A stretch of 64,000 nt of DNA from Mobula birostris (GCF_030028105.1 NC_092395.1:43614459-43678458); one strand, 5' to 3'. Shown: positions 50,501-64,000, numbered from the stretch's first letter. Notes: generated from the letters alone by a model not told the origin. Translations and numbers: made by a program.

Positions 50501-52250
50501 CATGCTCCTTCTTCTCACTTTCTAACCCCTCCTGGTACAAGGCTGATAAAAATGTCTCAGCTAAATCTACATTTGCTTCGGCAGCTTTTCTGGACATGTG
50601 CCGAGTCACTGCACAAATGGGATAAACCTGTGAGTCCATGGGCGCTTGCTTGTCAGCTTTACCGCTGGGTACACATCTCCAACTGCAAGGTCATTACCAA
50701 GTAAGACCTCCATGTCTTCCATCAGTAATTCGGGCCTCACCCCTATCGTGACTGGTCCAGAGACCAAGTGGCTTCTTAGGTGTATCTGGTGCAAAGTTAT
50801 TGATTCAGTCCCTTTCCCAAAGCCTTTTATCACACTGACCTCCCCAGACTCGGTCTCTGAACTAAAGGCTAACGCCAACTTAAGATCAATGACTGACAAG
50901 CCCCAGTGTCTCTCCAGATCTGTACTGGAACTGGGTTTGACCCCTCCTTCGCCGACACCAATCCAGCCAAAATAAACTTCTCGCGCCCTTCCTGAACTCT
51001 GTCAGACCTCTTCTCCCCTAGCGGTTTGTTTGTCGGCTCAATACAGCCAGTTGGAGTCATCGTCTTCCCTTTCCCTGTCTCCTTCTTTGGGGCAAAACAC
51101 CTGGACGCAATGTGACTGGCTTTCCCACAATTATAGCATACGACCCCAGGAGACTTCTGACCAAACTGCTTCCTGTCTTCCTTATCCTTCTCACTAGTCC
51201 CCGACTTACCTTCTGGCTTTTCCGGAGGAATTTTTCCGCCCTCTCGACTACCCTTCTGGTAGCTTTTACTCGGGGTAAGCTTTACTTTGTGTGTCAATGC
51301 GTACTCATCCGCTAACATAGCAGTTGCGGCTAAGGTTTCTGCCTCTTTCCCCTCATCTAGATAGGGCCTCATACCTTCAGGGACACAATCTTTAAATTGG
51401 TCAATCAGTATTAACTGTAGCAGTCTGTCATAACTCCCAGTGATCCCTTTCAAGGCGCACCAACGCTCACAATACATCTGCATCTCATGGGCAAACTCTA
51501 AATACGTGCGGCCCCACTGCTTCCTCACATTCTGGAACCTTTGCCGGTATGCCTCCTGGACCAACTCGTAAATCCTGAGTATAGTCTCTTTCACCACATC
51601 ATACTTCTGGGCATCTTCTGCGGACAATGCCAAGTAAGCTTGCTGAGCCTTCCCCTTAAGTACGCTCTGAAGCAAAACGGCCCACTTATCCCTCGGACAG
51701 TTCTGACTTGCAGCAACTTTTTCAAAATGTAGAAAGTATCCACCAACATCGGCTTCCTCAAATGGGGGAACCAAGCTAACCTCCTGGGTCGCCCTGAACC
51801 CTCCACCTTGGTTCGGCATTTGGCCCCTCTCTATCATCATCCTTAACTTCTCCAGCTCAAACTCACTTTCCTTCTGCTTCTCTCTCTCTTCCCGTTCTAA
51901 CTGCTTTATTCGGAACTCGTGCTCGAGCTTCAACTTTTCCATCTGCAGCTGCACTGCTTCTCCACCAGGTTTGCTCATAGACACCACCTCCAGCTCCCCG
52001 TGGGGAAACACATCTTTAGATACATGATGCTCAATGATAGCTTTGTGCATCTCCACTCTCCTCATTGTCAGCTTCCCCTTAAAAAGATTCAACTGTTTTG
52101 CAACTGTCGCCAATTCTGATTTCCTGGCATCCTCTAATGCCTCCAAAGTTGGTGCCTTTAGGAATTCCTTAATCTCCATTTTTGCTGTTTGCTCTTTCTT
52201 TTGGGAATTTTAACCCAATCAATTTACCCAGTCCCAATTTTGGCGTTCAA

Positions 52251-52270
52251 AATCCCGGACGAGATCCCCA
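52251..52270 (-). other. tRNA-Pro primer-binding site
   Basis: Plus strand aatcccggacgagatcccca vs tRNA-Pro 3' end AATCCCGGACGAGCCCCCA, 4 nt from the 5' LTR. Confidence 0.8.
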
Positions 52271-52274
52271 CTTT

Positions 52275-53142
52275 TGTTACGTACCCCGTAACTGGGTTGC
52301 CAAACCAGCAGAAATGGAATGCTCATTGGAGTCTGGATTACTAGGGACTAGTAAAGTTTTATTAAAGAAATAAGTAATACAGTACACTAATCGTAAGGAT
52401 ATAAATGTAAGAGGTTAGCAATGACAATACACACATATACACAGAACGAGGGTAATAGGAATTAACCAAGCTCTATCGTAGTCTACGGGTAAAATGATCA
52501 GTCTTAAGTGAAGCAGAGTTCAGTTCAGTTTAGTGCAGTTCGCAGCAATCGCTGTTGTCGTACCGTTGGAGAGAGAGAGAGAGATGCACTTTGGTTTCAG
52601 GCAGACCTTTTGATGTCTTCACAGTAGGTTTCAGGCAGACCTTTTGATGTCTTCGCAGTTGGTTTTGGGCAGACCTTTTGATGTCTTCTAATCCCGCTGT
52701 GGTCACCGAATGTGTCCCCTCCGTTCCGGATATGATCATTCTTCTGCGGTGAACCCGGCACCCAGGCAAGGGCGGACACACACCCCAGGTTCCCACCGAT
52801 CATACCTTTACACCCTGTGAGGCTCTGGTCAGTTCCCACGAACCGGTCCTCCAAGCTATCACCAACTTGTGGGGGCACACTGCTCTCTCCAGGGTCTCGT
52901 GGTGTGTGTCGTGCCTTAAGCAAACCTGCTCTTTTTATCCCCCTGCTGGGGTATCACCTGTTCATCAAACTTCAAACAGTTCAGGTTCAAAGCAACTGGT
53001 CTGTCAATATCTGAATTGTGTTTCTTGCCCCTTAATCCCTCTCTTCTCTCTTATTAGCATTTTGAATGTTTCTCCATTGTCTTTCTTATCTCTCTCATTA
53101 GCATCATCCTTCCGGTAGCTCCGCTGAGCGTCACATATGACA
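52275..53142 (-). repeat. 5' LTR of the Gmr1 element
   Basis: Three copies of the 34-bp unit (52593-52694) and a slightly longer GA run than the 3' LTR. Confidence 0.93.
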
Positions 53143-55469
53143 ATGCACTTAGAACTGCTCGTGTTGGCCTGGGCCTCTAAAAGTTCTTCACTTGTGTGGA
53201 GATTCTGTTGGTGGTACTTTCCAGTCCTTGAGATGCCTTCTGTAAGTCAGGTAGAGCTCAGGTGAATCTGAAAAGACAGGGATCTGTGTTGTCTGGTGAA
53301 CTGTGAGTTACATGACTACTGAGTGTAAAGTTCATTCTGTTGTGTTCCTTAACAAGAGGGCGAACAATGCTTTGGAGCACAGCCTGTGTGCAGGTATAAA
53401 TGCTCGAATCATTGGTACAAAGCAGACTGGCTACTGAGGTTTGGGAATCTTTGCTCTTAGTGCAGATATGCTGGTTGAAGAGTTTCCTGTTAGTTCTGGG
53501 GATCATCTGCACACCCTCTAGAATGTTCTTGGAGGTGATATGCAATGAAGGAGCAAGACAGTTTGAAAAAAGTGTTCAGGAATGTCTGCATGTTCATTTG
53601 ACACCAGTCTTTACAATGAATAATTCTATTGCTGAACGTTACGAGAGCAAATGTAAGGTAGAATTGAATTACATTGCGAACCAAATTTGGGAAGGTTGTT
53701 CTAAAAATTGAGGGAGTCAAATGAGTTTTTGCACAGTGAAGATAATGCCCCTTGTGCCTGTGGATAAATAAATTTCACACTTTGATTCAGGGAGCAGCTC
53801 TATGGTCACTGATGAAGATGATTGAAGAAGATTCTGTCATTGACACTCCCTGTGGTGGGGAGATAGGAGACCCCTCTGTAGTTGGCACAGTTGGACTTGC
53901 TTCTGCCACAGTCTATGTTTGTGACCATTTTCAAGTGTTGATTAATGAGAATTTTGTAGTGCAGGTGCAAAGGAGTGCAGAATCTGTTTGCTTATCAAAA
54001 TTTACATGGGATCTTGATCTGTTGGGTAAGTGGGCCAAGGAATGGCAAATGGTGTTCAATCTAGATAAGTACAAGGTGTTTGTTGTTTGCTATCAGCCAT
54101 GTTGTATGAAGTGGGTGATCATGGTCTTTCCATGACCATGATTGTTCTTGACAAAATGTCTACAGAATCCATTGGGTTGCCATTGCCTTCTTCAATGCAG
54201 TATCTTTACAAGACAGGAGACTCTAGCCATTACTAATATGCTTCAGAGATTATCTACCGGGCATTGGTGTTGTTGTGATATGCACCAGCTGCGCATATTA
54301 CCATCCATCACCTGATCCCATGGCTTCTCGTGACCCTCATCATGGGTCATGGGAGTCGGGGAGGGGCGCTGGGTCAAATCAGGTCTTACACCATGCCCAA
54401 TGGTGACCTGAAGGCAAGCAGAGGGAAGGATCACCTTGCATCTCCTTTGGAAGAGAGTTATCAGGGCATAGTCAGCATGGATCTATTTGTGGGAAAGTGT
54501 GTCTCAATAACTGATTAAATTGTGAGGTAAAACAAGAGATTGGATCTACTGAGTTCTATTTCCTGTGAACTTTCAAAGCCCACGGTATGAGTTGATAGGA
54601 GTATATGCAATTATGAGGAAGAGAGTGGGTAGATATTAAGGATATTTTCCCAGTGGAGGAAGAGACATTAACTGGTGTGGTAGGACATATAAGGGAACCC
54701 TGAGGGGAAAATTTCCACTAAAAGAATGGTGGGAATCTGAAAGGTGACTCATGAGGAGATGGTAGAGGAACATTGTCTCGACAGGCACTTGAATTGCAGA
54801 GAAGATTACAAACTCAAATGCAGACAAGTGGGGCGAATACCAATAACTACAATGTTTGGCATGGTGGTGCTGGGCTGAAGGGCCTGTTCCTGTTCTGTAT
54901 AACTCTGTGACTCATCATAGCCTTTAGTTCAAACACTGACCAAAGAGCTGAATTCCAGAGGTGAGATGCAACTGACTGCCCTTGTTATCAAGGCAAAATT
55001 AGACAAACTGTAACATCAAGGAGTCACTCTGAAGTCAATGGGTATCACAAGGAAAACACAGTAAGGACTGGAATCATAATGCACACAAAGGCAATTTATG
55101 GTTGTTATATGACAATCTTTCCATTCCCAGGATGTCACTGCAGGGGTTTCTGATGAATTACACTCAACACAACTATGTTTAGATGCTTCATCTTGATGAC
55201 CTTCCTTCCATTGTTAGAAAAGAAGCAGGAATGAGGATTGATGTTTGCAACTCATCCGCTAATGCATCAGTCCATAACTACGTGCAGCAAGTCCTGGACA
55301 ACATTCAGGAATGGAATCATAAGGGCCAAGTAATGTTCACATGACAAATATGCCAGACAAGGGTCATGTACAAGAAGAGTGTGTCAAACTATCTACCCAT
55401 GGCATTGAATGCCATGAGCATCACAATACTTTTCCACCATTTCTAACATTTAAGACAAGGACATACCAG

Positions 55470-55596
55470 AGAAAATCTGCAGACGCTGGAAATTTGAGCA
55501 ACACCCAGAAAATGCTGGAGGAACTCGGCAGGTTCGGCAGCATCTATGCAAAGAAGTACAGTTGATGTTTCGGGCTGAAACACTTCCGCAGGACTC
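55470..55596 (-). mobile_element. Penelope-like module with degenerate hammerhead (copy B only)
   Basis: Reverse complement agtc ctgcgga agtgtttcagccc gaaacatc aactgtac..gatgctgcc..gagttcctccagca; absent near 8225. Confidence 0.6.
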
Positions 55597-56689
55597 ACAC
55601 AGGACTTCCTGTAAAAATGTAGAGTTTCAGAAACTTCAGCAGGACTTTCAAAGGCCTCATCCCTGGGAAATGAGGGATCTTCATGTATGGGCTTCACCTG
55701 GAGACAACTTGAAAGACTGGCCCAGGACCGAGGACTCTAGTCTGCGGCCTATGCAATAGAATTGTGGTAACTTTAAACAAACAAACATCAACATTCATTC
55801 TATACACCCTTGGTAAAATGTCATGCTGTTACTTCCCCTGGTTACTCAAACACCACCTTCCAAAACTTTGAGCTGTATTACCAAGTACACAAGAGCAGAA
55901 TGAGCAGGAAATGCCACCTGTAAGTTCACCTCCAAGTCACAAACTATCCTTTCTTGGAAATATCTAGATAGTAGATAAAAATATCTCGTCTTGGACCTGA
56001 GAAAATTTCTACAAATGTACTGCATTTGGGAGTATTCTGAGTGTTTAATCTTTGAGAGAATGTTACAGAATGCTTTGAGTTCAAAAGAGTATTGTGTGAT
56101 GTGTGGCCACATGTGAGTTCACTTGAGTTAGATCTATCTCTATCACACAGATGTTAGTGCAGGGAGATTCAATTGTAATATTGAGAGAGAGCCAGATACA
56201 TATCTGAAACTGCAGGGTTGTGGATAGAGGGCTGGGGCATGTAATATTTTTAATATTGAGCTGGTCGGAGGTGAACAGGCCAAATGGCTTCACTTTCTCA
56301 GGTAACCGTTCTGTTTCACTATTATCCAGTCGCTTATGATGACCTGTGAGTCTGAGACAGTGAATTTAGCGCTGGCGCCTCCCAGATAAAAGTTAACAAG
56401 ATTGATAATTGTCTGATATTTCCCTGTTTCTTCACTTGTTTCTGTACTGCCTGGTCACTGACATGAAATGACAGCATTCAACTCCAATATTGTGCAACTC
56501 CCTTTGTAACTGTGGTTACATCTGGAGATAATATTGTCCAGAAGATTCTTCGGGAGGCAAAAGAAGTAGCCAGTATTATGGTTATAACTCTTTTATCAGA
56601 TATTCAGCATGGAAGAGGCACAAAAATGCCAGAGGATAAAGAACACAATAATAAACAGAAACACAATAAATGTAAATACATAACATTGC

Positions 56690-58140
56690 TTATACACATA
56701 GATTAATTGTGTGTTCATAAACTGACACGAGGCACAGGAGTGTTTGCCCATAAGGTGACTCTGACAGGAAATGATAAAATAGTGATGGTGGAGGTGTGGG
56801 TTAGTGGGTAGAGGTGTTGGTCATCCTTACTGCTTGGGAATATAACTAATTTTGGTTCTGGTGGTCCTGGCCTGGATGCTACACAGCTTCCTCCCTCATG
56901 GGAGTGGGACAAGCAGTCAATGAGCAGGACTGGTGGGATCCTTCATGATGTTTTTGGCTCTTTCCCAGCACGTTTCTGTATGTCTGTCCTTGATGGCACG
57001 TAGGCAGGTGCCAATGACTTTGTATTGAACTTCCTGACCACCACAGTGCAGTTCCCTTACCACGCAGTGATTAACCTTGTTCGGATACTCTCTACTGTGC
57101 ACCTGCAAAAGGACATGAGTAAACATGTGCATAGTCCAGCTCCCTTCAGCCTCCTCAGAAAGTAGAGAAGTTGGTGACCTTTCCTGATTGTGTAAGTTGG
57201 GTTTGGGAGCCATGTAAGTTTAAGCATAATATTTCCTCTCAGGAATTTGAAACTGGTCAAAGTTTTCATTGGGGTGCGGACAATGTTTTGTGAGTGGTTT
57301 GAGTTAGATCTCCTGAAGTCAGTAACAATTTCTTTTGCCTTGTTAACATTGAGGAAGAATTTATTTGCCTGGCACAGGCGTCGAACTTTTCCACTCTCTG
57401 TCTGCAGGCTGCCTCATCATTGTTGGTGATGAGACTCACCACTGTTGTGTCATCGGTGAACTTGACAATATGATTTCTTGGGTGTTTGTCTGTACAGTGA
57501 TGTGTGAGCAGAGTGTACAGCAGTGGGCTCAGCACCCAGCCCTGTGGGGAGGGGGGCACCTGTGTTGAGGATGATGGACAGGGAGGAGTGATTGTGCATC
57601 CTGACTATTTGAGGTCTATTTGTTGGGAAGTCAAATGCCCAGTTAGATACTGGTGCATTTAGACTGAGGAGTAGGAGTTTGTTCACCAGTATCTGTGGGA
57701 CAATAGTGTTGATGCTGAACTGAAATCCAGAAACAGCAGTCTGACACAAATGATCTAGTTTTTGGGGTGTACCAGGGCCAGGAGCATGACAGATGTTACT
57801 GCATCTGTCGTGGAGTGGTTCTGCCAGTAAACATATTGGTGAGTGTCCAGTGTGGCGGCAATGGAGCTTTTGGTGTGTGCCATTACCAGCTGTTCAAAAC
57901 ACTTCATGATAATTGGTGTCATTGCCACCAGGCGGTTATTGTTTCATCTGAAGGTGTAGAGTTCTTTGGTACAGGATTGATGATGGCTGATCTGAAACGT
58001 GGAGACAGCAGCCTGGATGAATGAAGAGTTGAAAATGTCTGTGAGGCGTCAGTGATCTGGTGTGTCCATTTCCTGAGTACTCAGCCTGGCATGTTGTCTG
58101 GCCCGGCTGCCTTATGGAGCTTGACTCTTTGCAGAGTCCT
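56690..58140 (-). mobile_element. Rex1/Babar LINE fragments (paralogue of 9930-11500)
   Basis: PQGWVLSPLLYTLLTHHC..HIVKFTDDTTVVSLITNNDE. Confidence 0.75.
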
Positions 58141-58497
58141 TGTGATTATACAACGTAAAAGCAAGTGTAAGAAAACTAGAAAAAGAAAATGAAACCCTGC
58201 TGGTTTGCTTCACAGCGTAGGTTGAGGGAAAGCACACTCCGGTCCCGCCAAACCCGTGAGATTGAGACAGCTCTCCCATCCCCATCCCTGGTTTGTGTGG
58301 ATGCTGTGTAATTTGCAACCCGATTACAACACAGTGCCAAGAAACAACAGAGAGCACACTGTGTACGATTAAAGGAATTACATTTATGAATCTTAACTAA
58401 AGGGTTAGGAAAGAAAAGAAAGAAAAAGCAAAAAGGTCTCAGTATAATTAAACAGTCAAATGTGGACAGTTGGAGCTCAATTCATCGATCCTCAGTC

Positions 58498-59538
58498 CGC
58501 AAGGTACCACAAGGCTCAGTGCTGGGACCCCAGTTGTTTACAATATATATTAATGACTTGGATGAGGGAATTGAATGCAGCATCTCCAAGTTTGCGGATG
58601 ACATGAAGCTGGGCGGACATGAAGCTGGGCGGCAGTGTTAGCTGTGAGGAGGATGCTAAGTGGATGCAGGGTGACTTGGATAGGTTAGGAGAGTGGACAA
58701 ATTCATGGCAGATGCAATTTAATGTGGATAAATGTGAAGTTATCCAGTTTGGTGGCAAAAACAGGAAAACAGATTATTATCTGAATGGTGGCCGATTAGG
58801 AAAAAGGGAGGTGCAACGAGACCTGGGTGTCATTATACACCAGTCATTGAAAGTGGGCATGCAGGTACAGCAGGCGGTGAAAAAGGCGAATGGTATGCTG
58901 GCATTTATAGCAAGAGGATTTGAGTACAGGAGCAGGGAGGTACTACTGCAGTTGTACAAGGCCTTGGTGAGACCACACCTGGAGTATTGTGTGCAGTTTT
59001 GGTCCCCTAATCTGAGGAAAGACATCCTTGCCATAGAGGGAGTACAAAGAAGGTTCACCAGATTGATTCCTGGGATGGCAGGACTTTCATATGATGAAAG
59101 ACTGGATGAACTAGGCTTATACTCGTTGGAATTTAGAAGATTGAGGGGGGATCTGATTGAAACATATAAAATCCTAAAGGGATTGGACAGGCTAGATGCA
59201 GGAAGATTGTTCCTGATGTTGGGGAAGTCCAGAACGAGGGGTCACAGTTTGAGGATAAAGGGGGAGCCTTTTAGGACCGAGATTAGGAAAAACTTCTTCA
59301 CACAGAGAGTGGTGAATCTGTGGAATTCTCTGCCACAGGAAACAGTTGAGGCCAGTTTATTGGCTATACTTAAGAGGAGTTAGATATGGCCCTTGTGGCT
59401 AAAGGGATCAGGGGGTATGGAGGGAAGGCTGGTGCAGGGTTCTGAGTTGGATGATCAGCCATGATCATACTGAATGGCGGTGCAGGCTTGAAGGGCCGAA
59501 TGGCCTACTCCTGCACCTATTTTCTATGTTTCTATGTT
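58498..59538 (+). mobile_element. Young CR1 3' fragment inserted in an LTR
   Basis: Open 254-aa ORF2 C-terminus; (TTTCTATG) tail; 16-bp tandem duplication gacatgaagctgggcg near 58600-58631. Confidence 0.9.
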
Positions 59539-60173
59539 TAATATTGCTGCCTGGCTCAGCTGAATCATGATCTCCCCATCGGGTCGTATCCTACAACCGG
59601 TTCTCTCCAGCATCTTCTCTCTTCATCTCATGCCGAACAAAAGACCCAGCTCACATTCCAAAGCATCCACTATCTCGAGCCATAACCCAAACACTGCTTT
59701 TACAGAAAGACCATTAAGTTAGCACTGAAACATTTCCCAGGGTGTTACACTCTGTCCCCACCAAAATTAGTCCTGTCCTCATGACATTGAGATAATTTGT
59801 CACTCCTTCATACAAAGCACAAAGTCCAACCCGGGTGTAAATGGCAGGCTGAGTCATAGCTCACCAAGGTGCCACATTCTGTTCCCTGGGTGCCACATAG
59901 GCCAGTCTATCTGGGGTGGTCTCCCTACTCTTTGAACCTCCTTACCCCATCATCATCTTCAGCTTCAGACATCCCTTGGGTTCCTTCATGTCGACCTGGG
60001 GAGGCTTCTGCCTGTCCAGTACTCGTGCCTCCCGACAACTCAGACCCCTCGTCACTTGGCTGAACTTACCCTCATACCCTGTTACTTTAGAGTCCAGCCT
60101 CCCATTATTTTCGAACCGCAAATCTGCCTGTCCAGTGCGAGTTCCCCTATTTCACTTGCCTCAACGTGAGAAG

Positions 60174-61651
60174 AGACAATAGACAATAGACAAAAGACAG
60201 GAGACAATAGGTGCAGGAGTAGGCCATTCGGCCCTTCAAGCCAGCACTGCCATTCACTGTGATCATGGGTGATCATCCACTATCAGTATCCAGTTCCTGC
60301 CTTATCCCCATAACCTTTGATTCCACTATCTTTAAGAGCTCTATCCATCTGTTTTTTGAAAGCATCCAGAGACTTGGCCTCCACAGCCTTCTGGGGCACA
60401 GCATTCCATATATCCACCACTCCCTGGGTGAAAAAGATTTTCCTCAACTCCGTTCTAAATGGCTTACCCCTAATTCTTAAACTGTGGCCTCTAGTTCTGG
60501 GCTCACCCATCAGCGGGAACATGCTCCCTGCCTGCAGCGCGTCCAATCCCTTAATAATCTTATATGTTTCAATAAGATCCACTCTCAGCCTTCTAAATTC
60601 AGAATATACAGGCCCAGTCGCTCCAACCTTTCGACATATGACAGTCGTGCCATCCCGGGAATTAACTTTGTGAACCTACGCTGCACTCCCTCAATAGCAA
60701 GAATATTCCTCCTCAAATTAGGAGACCAAATCTGCACACAGTACTCCAGGTGTGGTCTCACCAGGGCCCTGTACAGTTGCAGAAGGACCTCTTTGCTCTT
60801 ATACTCAATTCCTCTTGTTATGAAGGCCAGCATGCCATTAGCTTTTTTCACTACCTGCTGTACTTGCATGCTTGCTTTCAATGACTGATGTGCAAGAACA
60901 CCTAGATCTCATTGTGCTTCCCCTTTTCCTAACTTGACTCCATTTAGATAATAATCTGCCTTCCCGTTCTTACCACCAAAGTGGATAACCTCACATTTAT
61001 CCACATTAAACTGCATATGCCATGCATCTGCCCACTCACCCAGCCTGTCCAAGCCACCCTGCATTCTCATAACATCCTCCTCACATTTCACACTTCCTCC
61101 CAGCTTTGTGTCATTGGCAAATTTGCTAATGTTACTTTTAATTCTCTCATCTAAATCATTAATATATATTGTAATCAGCTGCGGTCCAAGCACTGAACCC
61201 TGCAGCACCCCACTGGTCACCGCCTGCCATTCCGAAAGGGACTTGTTAATCGCCACTCTTTGTTTTCTGTCAGCCAGCCAATTTTCAATCCATGTCAGTA
61301 CTCTGCCCCCAATACAATGTGCCCTAATTTTGCCCACTAATCTCCTATGTGGGACTTTATCAAAGGCTTTCTGAAAGTCCAAATACACTATATCCATTGG
61401 CTCTCCCTTGTCCATTTTCATAGCTACATCCTCAAAAACTTCCAGAAGATTTGTCAAGCACGATTTCCCCTTCATAAATCCATGCTGACTTGGACCAATC
61501 CTGTTACTGCTATCCAGATGTGTCATAATACCATCTTTTATAATTGACTCCAGCATCTTTCCCACCACCAACGTCAGGCTAACCGGTCTATAATTCCCTG
61601 TTTTCTCTCTTCCTCCCTTCTTGAAGAGAGGGACAACATTAGCCACCCTCC
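60174..61651 (-). mobile_element. CR1 3' fragment inserted in the Gypsy internal region
   Basis: RT ORF 60909-61673 (VYLDFQKAFDKVP, KFANDTKL); (CTATTGT)-type tail. Confidence 0.9.
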
Positions 61652-64000
61652 GAGTTGGGAATCTCTTCATCAATTATTGGGGAGTTTGTGAAGGGCAGCT
61701 TATACCACTCCCCCATTTCCTCATCCTCCGAGTTTGTACCATATTCAGGGTTGGGGTCTGGTCTAATCCTTCCCATTGCTGGGCCTTCAGTTCACTCACG
61801 TCACCGTAGAGTTCTCTTACTAAGTGTAAGGTCCATTCAGGCTCTGGGTCAAAACGTACCTCTTGTGCCAGAGGTGGAAGGTGGTTCCAGTGGAGAATCT
61901 TGGCAGGCTCATTCCATCCTTTGGTTTCTTCTGGAAAACTGGTATGTTTGGCCTCTGACTCTCCGCTACATAGAGCGTAGCAGTTAGCTAACTTATGCTT
62001 CCCAGGTAGCCCCAAATTCTTCATGAGGACTCTGTCTCCAGGCATTGGCTGGGAGAACCTAACCTTTTTATCATACCTCCTCTTATTTCCTTGATCTTGC
62101 TTGGTAGCTGAGTCCTCAGCGAGTTCAAAAGCCGTTTTCAGCTCCCTCCTCATTATCAGACACATACTTCAGATAAATCTTCTATTTTCATTCTTCCCCA
62201 CCAGTCCCAAAACAGAGATCAAAAGGCAACCTCACTTTGCTCCCAGACATCAGATAATATGGTGACTACCCGGTAGCTTCAATCTACCATCTGTGTACGA
62301 TTATAGCAGTGGACCAGATGTCCAATATGTTGACTACAGCTGTTCTTTTTACTGACCTCCAAGGTTCCGAGCATGTCTAGCAAGGGCTGATTGAACCTCT
62401 TGGGCTGGGGATCACCTTGCAGGTGATAAGGCGTAGTTCTCGACTTTTCGACTGCAAGCATGCTCAGTAACTAATGTATGAGCCTACTCTCAAAATCCTG
62501 TCATAAGATCCATTAGGCTTCCCTTTGCACCCAAAAAATTTTCTAGGGCTTGCATGTAGCCCGCAGAAGTAGCAAAGGAGTTCTGTGTCTTTGAGGATTT
62601 CATTGCGTCAGCGGCCGGCCCCCTCAAACTCTCTACCAATCGTCTTTTTACATCTTCAGAGCTCTGCCGCTCATCCAGCATCTGAGAGGTCTGTTCCACC
62701 CAGTTCTCATGCTCCTCTTCACCTTTAAGGGTGGACTTCATTCCCAAAAACATTCTCAGCCAATGATAGCTGGCGTTTGAACCTGGGCATTTTGCCATTT
62801 ACTTGCCAGGGAGGTAAGGGCAGCTACCAACTCAGAATGCTCATCCCTGTCTTGAGGGCTCATTAGACCCTCTACATCAGACCACTCCTTCCCCTCGCTT
62901 CGCAGAAACGAGAGCAACTTGTCTGTAATGTCTCTGTCCCCAGCTACGGCAAACTCTGCCTCCAAGTCAGTACGATCGCCTGCAATCCCTTCCTCCTGGA
63001 AAGTATGGACAGCCCATGGCCCCTCGCCTCTCCCGGGGTCCCAATAGTACCAGGCAGTTCCACGGCTATTACATCAATGCTAGTCTGAACTAAAACAAAA
63101 TCTTTGCCTGCCATTTTGTCAAACTTCTGCTCCATGTTCGTAACTGTTCCTAATGCTTCACCGGTACTTGAAATTCAAATTAACAATTCATTGGAACTAC
63201 AAATGTCCATCCCACTCAATACATGCACATTCGTTACCAGTAACCCCATGGATTCACACCACCACTCAACCCCCGCAGCATTCATAACCACGTATCTTAA
63301 TCATTTTACCGGACAATAGTATAGCACAGACTTAAACACACAACCCACTGGATCAATGCTCAGGGCTGTTACAACTCAGTCCCAGGAAACAACTGCCAGC
63401 ACTCTGCGTAGGATAAAAGAAATTATATTTATGAATGTTAACTGAAGGGATTGTAAAGAAAAGAAAGAAAAAACAAAAATGGCCCTTTATAATTAAACAG
63501 TCAAATGTGCACCAGTTGGAGCTCAATTTACCGATCCTCAGTCAATCTTGTCGCCTGGCTCCCTCGAATCATGATCTCCCCATTGGGTCGTATCTTATGA
63601 CTGGTTCTCTCCAGCACCTTCTCTCTTCATCTCTCACCAAACAGAAGACCCTGCTCACATTCCAAACCATCCGTTATCTCTAACCATAACCCAAACACTG
63701 CTTCTACAGAGAGAGCATTACGTTAGCAGTGAAACCTTTCCCATAGTAATTTATAAATGTTTGTTATTATGGATTGCAACATGGTGCTGCTGCAAAGCAA
63801 ATTTCACGACATATGCCGGTGATATTAAACATGACTCTGATTCTGAAACATTCCCCTTTTACTGAGAACACTGCGGTAAAATGTTTAACATGGAGACTTA
63901 CTGTAAATATAAATGAACACTTCAGGTATTGATTGGACAATATTACTGTTTGTTTCCAGTGTTCCAACCATAAATGATCCTGCTTCACTCTATAGAGACT

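Larger units (their letters stand above)
46738..53142 (-). mobile_element. Full-length decayed Gmr1-type Gypsy LTR retrotransposon (gag-PR-IN-RT-RH)
   Basis: TG..CA LTRs 46738-47567 and 52275-53142; 4-bp TSD ATGC (46734-46737, 53143-53146); PPT 47568-47578; gag 50869-52179 with SCAN-like region and CCHC; RDTGA protease; integrase (GGHFG..C..C, DFVCPLP, SDQ, ERFH) precedes RT (YIDDLVV) and RNase H (TDASD, ELLAI). Confidence 0.95.
58322..63743 (-). mobile_element. Internally deleted Gypsy element with PNMA-type gag fused to a partial integrase
   Basis: Homologous LTRs 58322-59749 (split by a CR1) and 63367-63743; PPT-like tract after 59749; gag LRMFLG..GEEEHENW..KRRLVESLRGPA (62490-62798) directly followed by integrase KSRTTPYH.QGDPQP.RFN; no PR, RT or RH. 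Confidence 0.8.
40395..64000. repeat. Segmental duplication, copy B (paralogous to 1-13360, expanded by TE insertions)
   Basis: See copy A; homology runs to the last bases of the window (ttcactctatagag). Confidence 0.9.

Noticed and set aside
52593-52694. 34-bp repeats as a CRISPR-like array
   Set aside because: Adjacent tandem units without spacers inside a eukaryotic LTR.
58619-59383. 254-aa ORFs here and at 60909-61673 as host genes
   Set aside because: Both are CR1 ORF2 fragments ending in CR1 microsatellite tails.

Overview
Repeat-dense (mostly TE-derived) vertebrate DNA, almost certainly a cartilaginous fish and probably a ray or skate (inferred from Ig organisation and repeat families). 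It holds two minus-strand immunoglobulin light-chain clusters (octamer/TATA - leader - VJ - C) of the sigma-cart (type I/NS5)-like isotype, about 40 kb apart. In both, V and J are already fused in the genomic DNA with no RSS. Cluster B (41137-43283) is intact and encodes a 242-aa chain. Cluster A (771-2886) is a pseudogene with four lesions: leader stop, dead leader donor, CDR1 frameshift and out-of-frame VJ junction. The clusters lie in an old segmental duplication (1-13360 vs about 40395-64000) whose copies took different TE insertions afterwards. Between them are a decayed intronless USP35 retrocopy, one or two very decayed V-like remnants and many TEs: CR1, Rex1/Babar, R4/Rex6, Nimb, Tx1, Gmr1-type, sushi-type and PNMA-gag Gypsy elements, and Buster/Charlie hATs. 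Best leads: (1) CDR-focused, often contiguous substitutions between the two germline-joined V genes; (2) a 175-bp Penelope-derived insertion with a 13-bp TSD and an intact minimal hammerhead ribozyme core in the J-C intron of the functional gene, one of at least six copies of this module; (3) a Buster hAT inside the SCAN-like gag of a Gmr1 element. Exon, TSD and LTR coordinates were read base by base; other TE boundaries are approximate. No databases were searched, so family assignments rest on remembered motifs.
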